A DNA stretch of 64,000 nt from Amphiscolops sp. MND2022 (GCA_964187785.1 OZ076410.1:8060001-8124000); one strand, 5' to 3'; numbered from the stretch's first letter, positions 36,501 through 49,166 are shown. The notes: generated by a model from the sequence alone, not told the origin. Numbers and translations are program-made.

Positions 36501-39500
36501 TCAATAGGAGTGGTTCCTTCATTCGACATTCCCATCGGCCACTCAACTTTGGAAACAACATTTTGAACCTCGTTTATCATGCTGAAAACGTCTTGCACTG
36601 ATTTATTGCAGATTTCTGAGACGTAAGAAAAGCATGAAATTGGCAGGTTGTTGTCAACAACCTCAGCTGAGAGAATCTGTTTTGGATACTCGATAAAAGT
36701 TTCGGTTCTCGGGTTTTCTTTTTGAATGCCAGCCGCTTGGCTCTTTGAAACTGACTTTTCACTTCCTGCTATGACTGATTCGTCATCGTCCGCAAACCCA
36801 AATCCATCTTCATCGTCTTCAGGCTGACTGTCCAAAATTTCGTACTTGATTGGCGCAATGTGACCCTCTTTTGTACCGCTAGGTGGCTCTCCATCATTGC
36901 CTGCTTTGTTCGCAGAAGCGACTCCTTCCCGGGACGCTCTAGGCTGTATTCTCAAAGAAAACGAAGTTACATCAGTACCGTCACTGTTCTGTGCTCTCAG
37001 CGTGTAAAAACCACAGTTTTCTTGCTCTACACTGAAAAAGTGCATCAGTATTTCAATACCACCAGCATAGTTGATATCAGTGTGCACGTTTCGAGGTTCA
37101 TAAAATCGTTCCCCGTCTTTCAAAATTTGAATTGAGGTTCGGTTAGGTGGGCAATCAACAAAAAACTCGGCTGTAAAATCTTGACCCGGCTCAACTATCA
37201 CTTCTCCAACTTGGGGTGAAGTGAAAACCGGTGGGTAAGAAATATTAGCAACATTTTCTACATTCTCCGAGTTTCGTTGCGAGTTTTGCACGTTGTTGTT
37301 GTTTTCTGCAAGCACCTCATCCTGAAGAACTCCGTGTTCTGAATCCTCACTCGGAACCGGACTCTCCGATCTTCCGCTCAACCTTGGATTCCTGGGAGGT
37401 GTTGCGGAAGTGGCTGCAAATTCCATTATCTGCTCGTACACAATGCTGCTGATTTCTGAAACATCCATGTTATTGTTATCATTCAAGCCCATAACCACAG
37501 ATCCCAGGGTTTCGATTGTGCTTTGCAGGCCGGGTCTCACTGATTCAAGGACATTCAGAAGCGAGTCATGCCAGTCCAACAGTTCGTCTTTACTGCTGCC
37601 TTCAGTGATGTTTCTCAAGACCACAGCGCTGTAGAAAGCCAGGGCCGACCTTGTTGACAAACAAACGCCATGTGTTGCTTTGCTCCTGGCAATGTTTCCA
37701 TCATTCGAAGTCCAGATGGTCTGATCAACAGCGGCAGATCCCAATAGTGATGTGTTCTCCTGCACTGAGTTGTACAACACGTCCCGAAGATATTGTCGTT
37801 TTTGCTCCCTAGGCACGCTGCGACAAGTTGTAGCATTTTCCGGAAGCTGGATTTTGTCCAAGCATTGCATCCACGCTTGGGTTTCTTCAGCAGCCGAACC
37901 CTGGACAAATGGGAACACGGTTCCTGTGAAAGAATCGAATGAATCAAACCTCTCCAGGTTCGAAGTTTCCACGTTATCCGGAACTGGCAAGTTCAGGACA
38001 GTTTTTCCCCGTTCCTCCGATATCCAGGCCTGTGCTTTCACTATTTCGTGGTGCAGTAATGTTGTTTTCTCGTCACTGACATGGACTTTGACACATGATA
38101 AGTTCGTTTTTGGTTTCTCCTCGGAAACGTCTTTCATGTATTCAATAGTTTCAGTTTCAGTCTTGACAAGAACCAAAGAGCTACGGCTCAAAGGTTGGGC
38201 ATTCAACGAAACTTTCGACTGATGACGTTCTGGTTTGAAGTTTCGAATATCCAAAAAGTTGTATTCCGATTTCTTTTCTTCGGCCATGTGAGAAATCGAT
38301 TCAGTTAAGAAGGTTATATTCACTGCAGGTTTGGGTGTTGCCAAAATTTCGGTTTTGCTACCAGAGAAAAATTCTTGGAATTCGGGCTCGGAGACGCTAA
38401 CAATAGCTCTATCCGCTGGTTTCACCATGTACGAAAGGTTGTCAGTTGTTACGGAAATGTTGACGTTTTCACGTTGATGTCCCTTACTCAAAACTTCCAA
38501 AGTTGAGAGTGTTTCTTCCGTCGTGAAGTTCTGAGAATTGTTTGCAGAAACAGTAACGGTAGCAAACGTTTCTGGCTCTGGAAGTTTTTCCGCCAAAGTT
38601 TGATCTATGGAAATGTTGACACCGGTTTGCGGAACCGCTAACACTTCGAAACTTCCGTCGATGCTTTGGTTTTGAGTAACTGCTTCGGTTATAGCCACAC
38701 AAGCAACCGAACTGTTTTTGCCTACTTCCGCTAATCGCGATGTTTCTTGGAGATTTATCGAAACGTTCACAGATTCATGAGGCGAAGCCAAAACTTCAAT
38801 TTTCTCATCTTGCGTGAAGAGTTTTCCAGTTTCTTCATATACTGAAACTTTCGCCAGGCTGTGTGATTTCGAAATGTCAGCAGTGCTGGTCGTGTCAATG
38901 TTCAAATGAACTCTCTCGATAGCTGACATCGCTTCGGTTGATCTTGAAGTGATGGCCATTTGGACCGGTTCTTTGTCTGGTAGCTCAAGAGTGCTAATAG
39001 CGTCCGTGATGCTGACTTTTGCGAAGGTGTCAGGTTGTTTGTCAACAAGTTTTGATACTTCTTGAATATCCAAAGTCACGTTTACTGATTCCTGAGGCTT
39101 TGCCAAAACCTCAACCAAGTCAGTTTCGGAGAAAACTCTCATGTTTTCCTCGAAGACTGAAACCTTGGCCAAACTTGTGGATTTAGTGATGTCTACTGAG
39201 CTTGTATCGATGCTCAAATGCACGTGTTCAACTGAAGAAATAGCCTCGGTGGACTGGGTTTGAATATCTAAATGTACAGGTTCCTCCAGATTCGATTCTT
39301 GCATTTTCTCGACTGTGAGCGCAAACAAATTATCCAAGCTGAAGTCGGTCGAATCGGGTTGCTCTACTTGAACTATGACCTGGTCAGATAAGAATCGGTC
39401 TTGCACGTTGATGTTGACAAACGTCTCCTCTGAGTCATCGAAAAGGTCAAGAACTTTTAGGTCGACGCTTTCTGACTGCATGACTTGAACTTGATTCTCG

Positions 39501-42500
39501 GTTTGTCGATCTTGGATATTGATATTCACTCTGGTTTCTTCCTGGTCTTCAGTCAAGTCCAGAATTTTCAAGTCAACGCTTTCAGATTGCATCACCTTCT
39601 GAGGTGTTTGTTTATCAACAATGCGAATGTCAACTACTTCCTCCGAGTATGACTTTTGAGGTGCTCGAGGTAGGTCGTCTATTAGCAGGTCAACCTTCAT
39701 TTCTTGTGACCCCACGGGAGTTTCCGGTTTTTCAGGCTCCATGATATCCAAAGGCAGCAATGGCTCAAACTCTGGCTCCTCGGCCAATTCAGGCTTCTGT
39801 TCGATGTCAATTTTGATGGCGACTTCTTCCGGTTCCGCTTCTTGAGAAGGTTGTGGCTCCGGCTCGTCTAAAGCAGCCGGTTCTTGTTCGGTTTCCGGTG
39901 TTGGAACTTTCGCACTTGGCTCTAACATTTTGCTCTCATCAAGGCTGTGCTCACTTGAAGACTCTGCTATTTGGTTCGACATCAGATTTTCAAGTTCTTC
40001 TTCAGATGTGATTGACGCCTTATCATCTACAACCTCTTGTTCTGCTACTTCATCATCAAGTTTCAAAGGTTCTTGAATGTCGAGTTTTTCCAGAGGTCCA
40101 AATGCAGTTGCTTGTTCAACGTCTTTTTTCTCTGAAGCTTCAACTGTTTCGTCATCAACCAGTTCTTCATCGTCTGCAGTGGGTGCTTCTTTTTCAGGTG
40201 CTTCATTTGGAGTTTCTTCTTCACTCTCTGCCCCATCTTTGTCTTCTGCTGGTTCCTCTTTCGGCTCTTCTTCAACGTCTGTTTTTTCTTCACTTTGCAA
40301 TTCTTCAATCTCAGTGTCATCTTCTTTGGTTTCAAGATCTGGCTCATCTTTATTTTCTTCTTCCTCTTCTTTGAAATTTTCTTCTTCGGGGACCTCCATT
40401 TCGTCTTTGACTTCATCGTCTTCAGTGGGTTTGACCTCTTCCTTGAGATCCTCAGCAACTTCTTCGATAGTTTCATCGAGTGTCAACTCATCATCTGCAG
40501 TTTCATCTTCCTTGGTTTCAGTTTCAGGCTCCTGTTCGGCTTCTTTTTCTTCTTCGGGCTCCTCTTCCTGTGCCATTTCTTCCTCAACTTCCACATTTTG
40601 TTCTGTTTCCTCGTCATCCGTAGGTTTCAATTCTTCTCGGAGCTCTTCTTCCGTCTCTTGCTTTTCTTCCTCGACTTGCAAGTCGTCTTCAGCATCTTCT
40701 TGTTTTTCTTCAACCTGGTGCTCTTTTTTCGCTTCTTCACCTTCGTCAAGTTCTTCCTCCTCAGGTTTATCTTCTGGCGCCTCCATGGTTTCCTCGGTTT
40801 CTTCGTCTTCAGTGGGTTTTACCTCTTCTTTAAGCTCTTCTTCAACTTCCTCAGCGTCTTCTTTTACTTCAACTTCATCTTGAACGTCTTCTTCTTGGGC
40901 TTCTTTTGCTTCGGGATTATCTTCGGCCGCAATTTCGACTTCTTCTTGTTCTTTTTCTTCAGGTTCCTCAACTGATGCTTCCATGGTTTCTACCGTCTCA
41001 TCATCTTCGGTGGGTTTAAATTCTTCCCTTAGCTCCTCTTGAACATCTTCGCCATCTTCTTTAACTTTAAGTTCGTCTTCTATATCTTCATCTTGGACCT
41101 CTGAAACTTCAAGTTGCTGCTCTTGTTTCGATTCTTCCTCCTTTTCTTCTTCAGGTTCTTCTTCCTCCTCAACTGCCACTTCAGCCGATTCCTGAGTTTC
41201 GTCATCTTCAGTTGGTTTCAACTCATGGTGAAGTTCTTCAACCATATCTTCCGCAATTTCATCCACCTTCACGTCATCTTTAACGTCTTCCTCGTTTTGG
41301 TTCTCGAGTTCAGGAGTTTCTTCTTCTTCTTCTTTTTCTTCCTCAATTTCCTCTTCATCTCGTTCTTCCGGAGCTTCCAGTGCTTCTTGAACGTCTTCGT
41401 CTTCGGTTGCTTTGATCTCAACAACTTGTTCAACCTGGTTTAAAGCAACTGTGAAGCCAAGACCCACGATAGCTTCATCTGAGCTAGCCAAGCACTTGAA
41501 TCGACCAACATTTGTGCCTTTACAAGCCTTGATTGTTAGTTTGATTGAGGTCGAGTTATCTTCTTTTGATTCCTTAATCTCAATCTTATAATCATCGGAA
41601 TCTTTCTCAATCACGCCGGAATCATGGAATATTTGCAATGACACGTTTTCCAGTGTCTGGTCCAGAGTCATCAAAATATCAAGGGTCTCGTTTTCATCAA
41701 CATGGTATTCGAACTTCTCAATTTCAAGTTTGGGAACTTTTTGAATCTTTGCGTTATTCAGTTCGTCTATCTGCTCAACTGAGGTATTATCCCGAGAATC
41801 AGGGGTTTCTAACTCTCCACTTTCGTTCATCTTGTCTTCATCGTCCCTGGGGTTTCCACAAGCCAAGATAAACCCTGACATTTCCTCGGGTTTCACGTTT
41901 GATTCAACACTCTGTGGTTTTTCGAGTTTCGTCAAACCTTCTCGGATCGATTCCCTAGGCCTTGCCCAGTTTTCTTGAGAAGAGTCTTCTTTATCAACAC
42001 CTCTGGTGTCTTTCAGCTCCTCTAAGTTTGTCCAAATATCCAAAACTGCGACGCAAGCCATTCCAGACTCGACCAAATCCACGACGAATTTTTCTCGAGG
42101 TCGCATCCAGTCCATTTCGGCGGTTGCTTCCGCCATTTCTTCTCGGCCGCAACCTTGAATGTCCTTGACACTTTCAATAATCAGATCAGTGAATTTTCCA
42201 GCACCATTGATCTCTTTAGCCACCTGTACATAGGTGTCTTTAATACTTTCCCTCAGCCTCATCCAATCCTTCATTTCCTCTCGACCCAAGCAAACCTTTT
42301 CACCTGTCGGGAATATCTCAGATGTGTCTTCTGGGAATTCGAAGTATTCGTGGATTACGGAAATTTCAGCTTGGGCTAAAGATTGCTGAACAAGTTCCCG
42401 AACTCTTGAACCGCTAACTGCACTTTCTCGAGCAAGTGCGAGTTCGTGTAGAATTGACAGGGATTTCACTTGATTCCACAGTTTTTCGTAGACAACTGCC

Positions 42501-45439
42501 GAAACGAGTTGCTGTCTTGAAAGTTCTGGCATGTCCCGGCTTCGTCGCCAAGGAGTTGGATCCTGCTCTGATTTGGGTCTGCTCAAAATAATTGCTTCTT
42601 GAGATTTAATGTATTTGTTAGCAGCTTCAAATGAACTGAAGTATTGGACCTCGCCTGCTCTCTGTTTCTCATTTGTTGGGCAATAATCTCTAGGTCGACT
42701 CCAGATTTTTTCCATTTCATGAGGATGACACAAAGTTGCAAAAAGCAAGAGTTCCGTCAATCTATCCCCAACACCGAGTTGTGGGATGAAGTCAGAGCTG
42801 AAAATGCTTTCAATCTGCTGAATAGTCAGAGGCATGTCAAACCAGCCATTGGTCAAAAAGTCGTCCAATGGCAGTGCACCTGTTGTGTCGAAAACAATTT
42901 TGCCTTTCTCCTCTTCAAGTTGGTTCTCTTGGAAGTCTTTTTCACAATTTTCAGCCGGTGGAGGCTTGGGCCACTCCATTCCTATCTTCTCCCGAAGTCG
43001 GATAGTTATTTGATAATCCTCCTCTTCTTTTGAGATTCCGAAAATAAGTTCTTTTGGAGTTTCTTCGAACTCTTCATAAGTTAGAGTTTGAGGTGCCACG
43101 TCCTCTTCAACAATTTCAAGGTCGTCGAAAAGTTCTCTGGGTCGCATCCAGCTGAACTCTTCCTCCAGTGATCGACCCTTGATTTTAGGTTTGCCCTCGA
43201 CATGTGGAACCCGATTTTCGAACGATGACTGCTCGCCTGGAACCTCAGTGGGGACCCTGCCGGCCTTGTCGGCTTCTCGGGACCTCATCCAACCCAACTC
43301 GTCCATCAATGGCGCCTGGCCCACTCTGATTGGTCTGTTTTTCTTGTCTTTGGTGTTCTCAGAGAATGCATTTGATGGCAAAACATCCGGTAAGGTCCCA
43401 AATTCTTCCCTGGGTCTAGCCCAATCCATGTCAACTTCAAAACTGAATCCCATATTGAGCGGAGCTCCAGATTCGCCCATTTTGTTGTCTGCGCCCTTAT
43501 ACTGGGATCTTTCACAGCCTTCTTTCGGGATCTCAAGGTTATCAGCAGACGATTGGTTGAGGCTACCAGTTTCACAAGCAGCGCTCACATTGTGCATTTG
43601 AGAAGTGGCTTGGTCTTGTAACGTGGCCTGAGAGATTGGCACAAGATGAATTTTGGTGTCTTCTTTGTCATCAGCTTTGGGCCACGGTTGCTCGTAGACC
43701 CACGGGCTGCATTTAGTTCCAATCGCTCTTTTTTCGGTTTGATCTTCTTCGCCATATCGGGATTCCGGAGCAAAGAAACATTCCATTTCAACTGATGCTG
43801 TGACCTCATTTGTCAATTCTCCTTCGACCCAAGTGTTATACGATTGGTCAGAAGTTGCACTAATGTCGGCTTGAGTTACGTCAGCAAATCCGCTTTCACC
43901 AAAAATGTCACCTTCTGTTTGATCAAGATCCGGACAAACTTTGGCAAAATCTTTAGCTTTTTCTTCATCGACAATAGCGTTACGACATCTTCGTGTTTCA
44001 ATATCAATTTTTTCTTTCACGTAAAAGTCATATGATTGGTTTTCATTGACAGATTTTGGTGACATCCATTGCTGAAACCCGTAGTCGATCAAAAACTCCA
44101 GTAAGTTTGATTTTTCTTCAACGTTTTCGCTGACTGTGTAATTCCATTCGCTCTTTGGAGCTTCACTGAATTGCGCGGTAATGGAATCGATCTTCAAATC
44201 AACTTTTTCTCTAAGTCGAACCCACGGTGCCATTTTTTCCTCAACTATTGCCAACCCCGTAAAACTCGGTTTCTCCAAATCTTGCAAGTCACATTCGCAG
44301 CTATCAAAAATCTGTTGCACTTCAATAGCCTGTTTGAAGACCATGGGTCTCACCATTTCGCGAAGACGCACCCATTTCTCGCTGGCAACATTCTGGGTTT
44401 CAAGAGCAGTGGCCATCAGCAAAGCTCTCGACAGCATGCTTCTTATGGCTTCTGAAGCTTCCGCAATTTGAGTCAGAGTTTCACTTTTTTGGAGTTCCGA
44501 CACTTTCCAAACGACAGAGCCAGTGCTATCGTTTTGCACTGGGGCGCCCATTCTAAGAGCGCGTAAAGACACGCCCATTGCATCCAACGTCCTTCCAACT
44601 TCAACAAGTTTCAGGATGTCATCTTTGGAGCATTGATCGCACATAACTGGTTGGTTCAAAAGACTGGTATCGTCGGTTGCACCCAGCAAGTGTTGACCTA
44701 TAAGGCACTTGTTGTTAAACTCTGGTGCTTCAGTAGATCGCACACTCCCGCAACTTCTTTCGGTTGTTCGACCAGCTTGCTCGTTCAACAAAGCAACTCG
44801 TAAACTTGCGAAAGCTTCAATTTCTTGTATCGCTGCAACCGCTTGAGTTTGTGCCTTCTGTTTGTCAATGTTTTCTGGATGAATGGACACGGCTTTTTCT
44901 GGATTCAACGCTTCCAACTGCTCAGCTTGGCTCATTTCTTGAGTAACGGCTGTTGAGAGTTCTTCGTCAAATGCTCTGGCCTGGAGAACTGGTTTTTGAT
45001 CACCTTGTAACAGGTCCAAAATACATTTGGAGTACAAAGGTCCCTCTGGTTTTTCGTTGCTTAAGAAGGTCAACAAGCTATGAAGCTCGGATTCGGAGAA
45101 ATCGTTTCCGCTGATTCGACTGCGCTTTTCCTCATCACTGTTGAACAAAATCTTCAATGTGGCGTCGGAGAAACACGGCAGCATTTCAGCTCTAACTGGA
45201 GTTACAATCTCTTCTCTAAGTCTTGCGAAAATCTGGTTACTTTGAATCAGAGTTTCACACATGTCCTGGTCAACTTTTCCTTTACTTTCAGCTTCTTCCA
45301 TGATGAGGGTCGAAAAGTGTTCGGTTTCGAAGCTGTCGGCTCGCTCGCCCATGTCGTTCGTGCCATCGTCCGAACCCACCCAGTGCTCGTCGTGCGCAAT
45401 TATGTTGACACCTTCCACCATCATCGAGGAATCTTGCAC
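27573..45439 (-). CDS. Giant 17,867-bp exon (~5,955 codons): 4 Ig domains in acidic repeat-rich linkers
   Basis: Inside the 5993-aa ORF; acceptor ccttgaacag|GTG; donor ATCAG|gttcga is phase-compatible with the next exon. Ig domains at ~41440-41740, 36945-37240, 35255-35540, 34660-34965. Confidence 0.9.
30420..32960 (-). repeat. Coding tandem repeat, ~18 units of 46-50 aa (EELKPVEVAEAQVPVESEN..) with a 291-bp higher-order dimer
   Basis: CGGGCGCCAGCTCC recurs at 30781, 31072, 31363 (period 291). Confidence 0.95.
39950..41420 (-). repeat. Glu/Asp-rich PEVK-like region with ~66-aa KPTEDDE repeats
   Basis: KPT[ED]D[DE]E at ~41210, 41010, 40810, 40620, 40425. Confidence 0.85.
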
Positions 45440-45479
45440 CTGTTCAAGGAAACGCTCACGTTAGATTCCCATAAAACAA

Positions 45480-45900
45480 CCAGAGCCGCATGTGCGGTAA
45501 AGGAGTCGGCTTAGGTCTTTTTCCTTCTGACTAGCTCGAATCCCAGTCATACGATTTTGATGCCCTTGCATACATAGGACTATAATATGGTGTAGAATGA
45601 CTGTAGAAAATTTCGTTCGAATCGTATGGAGTTTTTGCGAAAATTGAAAAAAGTCCAAAAATGGCTGTTTTTTTGGTCATTTTTAGGCTAATTTTGACTA
45701 AGTTTCTCAGATCTTAGTCACACGACTTTGATGCAAATGCACACATAGGACCCTAATATGGTGTAGAATGATTGTGCAGAATTTTATGAAAATAGTATGG
45801 ACAGGTTTTGAAAAATTTGAAATTTGCATTGAAAGGTCGGGAGAAAAAAAACGGTACGATTGCATGTGTAGTCGAAAATTTTTTCCGACTCCTAAAAATG
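45480..45900 (-). mobile_element. Helentron-like family 1, complete-looking copy
   Basis: AGGAGTCGG (45501) / CCGACTCCT (45885); stem-loop CCGCATGTGCGG; internal ~185-bp duplication. Confidence 0.6.
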
Positions 45901-45957
45901 ACACAAAATGCATGTGAGGTCGACTGGGGGTTGAAACATTTCGCTTGCTTCCCTGAC

Positions 45958-46117
45958 CTCGGTCATTTCCCGTTCTTCTACTCGTTCCTCAACTTCTCCC
46001 AAGTCGGGTGTAGTTTCCGAGGGAAGCATTTCTGTTTCATTTGCAATGTCTTCGGGGGCTTCTTCCGCCAGGAGACCTTTGCCGTGTTTGAAGGTTTTGG
46101 GCATATGTTTAGCGTAC
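45958..46117 (-). CDS. Exon YAKHMPKTFKHGKG..EEREMTE
   Basis: ggtttag acceptor, phase 2; donor GAG|gtcagg chosen for phase fit and less certain. Confidence 0.7.
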
Positions 46118-47006
46118 CTAAACCAAAATACACAATATCATGTCTTGTCTAACATACTACTCCAAAGCAAAAACCAAGAATTCTACTCGAAAGCAAAAAC
46201 TACTAGTTGAAAGAAATGAGAAAAGTGTACAAGAAATGACAAAATGCGAAGAATCCTCACACCAATAATGTTACATGTGCAGCATAGATTGTCATTATTA
46301 TGAAGAATCCACAAATCAATTTTCTCATTTCTTGAAAATTTCACTTTTGCACTGCTAATATTAGTGTGTGATTTCTACAATCATTTTGGCGGCACTGCCA
46401 TTTTCTTTCAAGTGCACAACTTTCGTCAATTCTTGAAAACACATTTTGGTAGGTGAGAAAACCAACTTTTGTCAATTCTTGAAAAAATCAAAACTTCCCC
46501 GATTGGCGTCGTAATGAAGAAAATTTTTCGAAAGCAACAACCAAGAATACTATTCGAAAGCAAAAACCAAGAATTCTACTCGAAAGCAAAAACCACGAAT
46601 ACTACTCGGAAGCAAAAAATAAAAATACTACTCCAAACAAAAATAAAAACTGTGGTGTAGTTATAAAATAAGAGCGGTTTTTATGAGTGGTTTTTATGAG
46701 ACGGATGATCATTTTCCAAATCAAAAAATACCATGGCTTCAGTAGTTTTGGGGGAGTTTATCGAGTAAAAATCTTGCCAATAAACTGTAGGTAAAAGGGT
46801 CAAAAAATTGGAAAAACAGCCAAAAGCCCTAATTGTGCTCAAAATCAGCCAATTGTAACTCACAAATTTTGTCTCAGATATTTTCAAAAACGCCAATGTG
46901 AACTAGATGAAATACAAAAGAACTTCCAGGTCTAATGTTTTTCAGAATTTTCAACCAATTTCGAGATCACCGAGCCTAAAATCGCCAGGTGATTTTCTAA
47001 TCACAC

Positions 47007-47514
47007 CAATAATTGGACGTGTATTACCGTAGCTTGTACCGTTACTCTAATATTCAGTTGAAAATACAAAAGAATACATACACGATTGTTTTCTTCAATA
47101 CCGGACAAGTTCTTCCTGTATAATATATTATCGCAAAGCGTGTTAAAGTATTGGGCAAATATTTCTGATTTTTCCGAATATCCTGAATTTATACATAAAG
47201 TTTTGGAAATTTTAATTTGCCCGGCTTCATCTGCTGCTGTAGAAAGATTACTTAGTTTTATGCGGCTTGAGGACTTCCAATAGCCGTAATAAAACAAAAC
47301 GCGAAACTTTGGTCAAGATTGCTTTATGAATTTAAGCATCTCTTTGCATTTATTTTTCTTTAAGAATATTTTAGGTAAATACATATAGAAAAAGATGAAA
47401 AAAACTGTTTAGGTATTCTAGTATCTCCGAATACCTACCGTTACATACACAAAATTTTGAATGTTATACTTAAAATACCGAGTACCAGAAATTGTTATAC
47501 ACGTCAAATCACTG
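47007..47514 (+). mobile_element. Internally deleted hAT (508 bp) with dimerization-domain remnant
   Basis: Imperfect TIR CAATAATTGGACGTGTAT / ATACACGTCAAATCACTG; perfect 8-bp TSD AATCACAC; VLKYW..YPEF..ILICPASSAAVERLLS. Confidence 0.88.
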
Positions 47515-47763
47515 AATCACACTACTGAATTTTAGAGCAGTGGTTTTCTATTGTAAGTAAGTAAGTAAGTTAATTTATTTGGATGAAATGATAGAAAGAT
47601 ACGAAATAATGATGCATAGCATAAAAATAATTATCAATCTAAAACATCCAAAAAGGACAAGGAATGAGCATACATGCTCTTCCAGTCCTTGCTCCGAGAA
47701 TCAATTATGACGTATTAAATAGATTTTACTTTAATGCTAATAAAAATATTGTCGGTAAGATAC

Positions 47764-47869
47764 CTCAGTTCTTCGAGCTCCGTGAAATCGGCCTGAGTTC
47801 TGTATCTAGTGACGTCAATTCCCTCGGTGGTTGTGATCGGAATCGGTTCTTCACTCTCCAGAACGTTGG
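47764..47869 (-). CDS. Exon NVLESEEPIPITTTEG..LEELR
   Basis: tttccag / gtatct; 106 nt, phase 1 to 2, matching neighbours. Confidence 0.8.
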
Positions 47870-48554
47870 CTGGAAAATTGGAATCACATTGACAAATACT
47901 CAAATGTTCTGTGAGGCACAGGGTTGGGTTGGCCACTATATGTTTTAAACTAATTTTAAACAAAAAGGTTTTAAATGTTTGAAAACGTTTTAAAACATGT
48001 TCAAAATTCCCTCGAGTAAAGACAGAAAAACAAGCTTGAAACAATGAATTTATTCAATATCATTCAAATATCGCATCACAGAAGTAAGTTTTTCAACTTT
48101 TTGAACTCGAATCCTGTTGCGAAAATCAGAGAGAATGAATGAATGCCATTGGTGAAAAATCTTTCTAATCCACCGGTACTAAGTACTAGGCATACCATTT
48201 CAAGTGCCAATTTCAGTAATTCTTCAGACTTTCATTTTCACTTGACATTTTATGAAAATGCTCATTTTGACAGAACTCGCTGAAACGAGATTCGAAATCA
48301 GTTCTTCATGGTGGTCTCCAAAAAAAACAAACTCCAAAAATATGAAACAATTGAACGCACTGTATTTTATTCAAAATAAAACAGTGTCCATGTTTTAATA
48401 AAGCCCATTTTTTATATTGGCCAACCCTGAGGAAAAGATTTTTAGAGGCAAAGGTTTTTTTTGAATACACACGAAACGTTTTTTGTCGTAACCTTGGGTA
48501 TTAGTTATACCGTTGGTAATTTATGTAACTCAAAAAGACCCCCCATCCTGCAAA

Positions 48555-48885
48555 CTGAGGACTCTAATATGGTGTAGAATGACTGTAGAAAATTTCATTC
48601 GAATCGTATGGAGAATTGTTTTGAGAAAAATTGAAAAAATTCCAAAAATGGCTGTTTTTTGGTCAATTTTGGACTAATTTTGGCCATGTTTCTCAGATCC
48701 CAGTCATACGATTTTGATGTCATTGCGCACCCAGGAGCACCTTTGGTTGTAGAATAACTGTGCAAAATTTTATGGAAATCATATGGAATGTTTTTGAGAA
48801 ATTTGAAATTTTCATTGAATGGTCGGGAGAAAAAAATGATTCGATTGCAAAAGTAGTTGAAAATTTTTCCAGATTCCCAAAAAAC
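48555..48885 (-). mobile_element. Helentron-like family 1, partial copy
   Basis: GGTGTAGAATGACTGTAGAAAATTT and CCCAGTCATACGATTTTGAT cores. Confidence 0.6.
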
Positions 48886-49009
48886 ACATTTCAACAGACA
48901 GCAATTTTTCAAGCACAAAAAAGAATCATTCGACGAGTCTCCAGCATGGTTTCTGCGATATGATTGGACGAGATGAGAACCAATCATAGAGAGATGCAGT
49001 TTCACTTAC

Positions 49010-49166
49010 TGATCATGACGTTTGCGTGGAGAGTGCTGTGTCCAAAGTGGTTCGAGATGGTGACTACATGAGCGCCATGGTGTCTCAGAGCGGCATCTTC
49101 GGAGTGGAGACAAGCCACGAAGCGACAAGTAGACAGTTCTTCAGTCGTGATCTCCTTCTCGGGAAC
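49010..49166 (-). CDS. Exon: C-terminal half of a divergent Ig domain
   Basis: VPEKEITTEELSTCRFVACLH..HGAHVVTISNHFGHSTLHANVMI; gcttag / gtaagt; 157 nt, phase 0 to 1. Not in the ORF track. Confidence 0.82.

Noticed and set aside
27627-45514. Many plus-strand and off-frame ORFs over the giant exon (e.g. 40077-40883, 40295-40975)
   Set aside because: Antisense shadows of GAA-rich coding sequence giving poly-Ser/Phe; no independent features.
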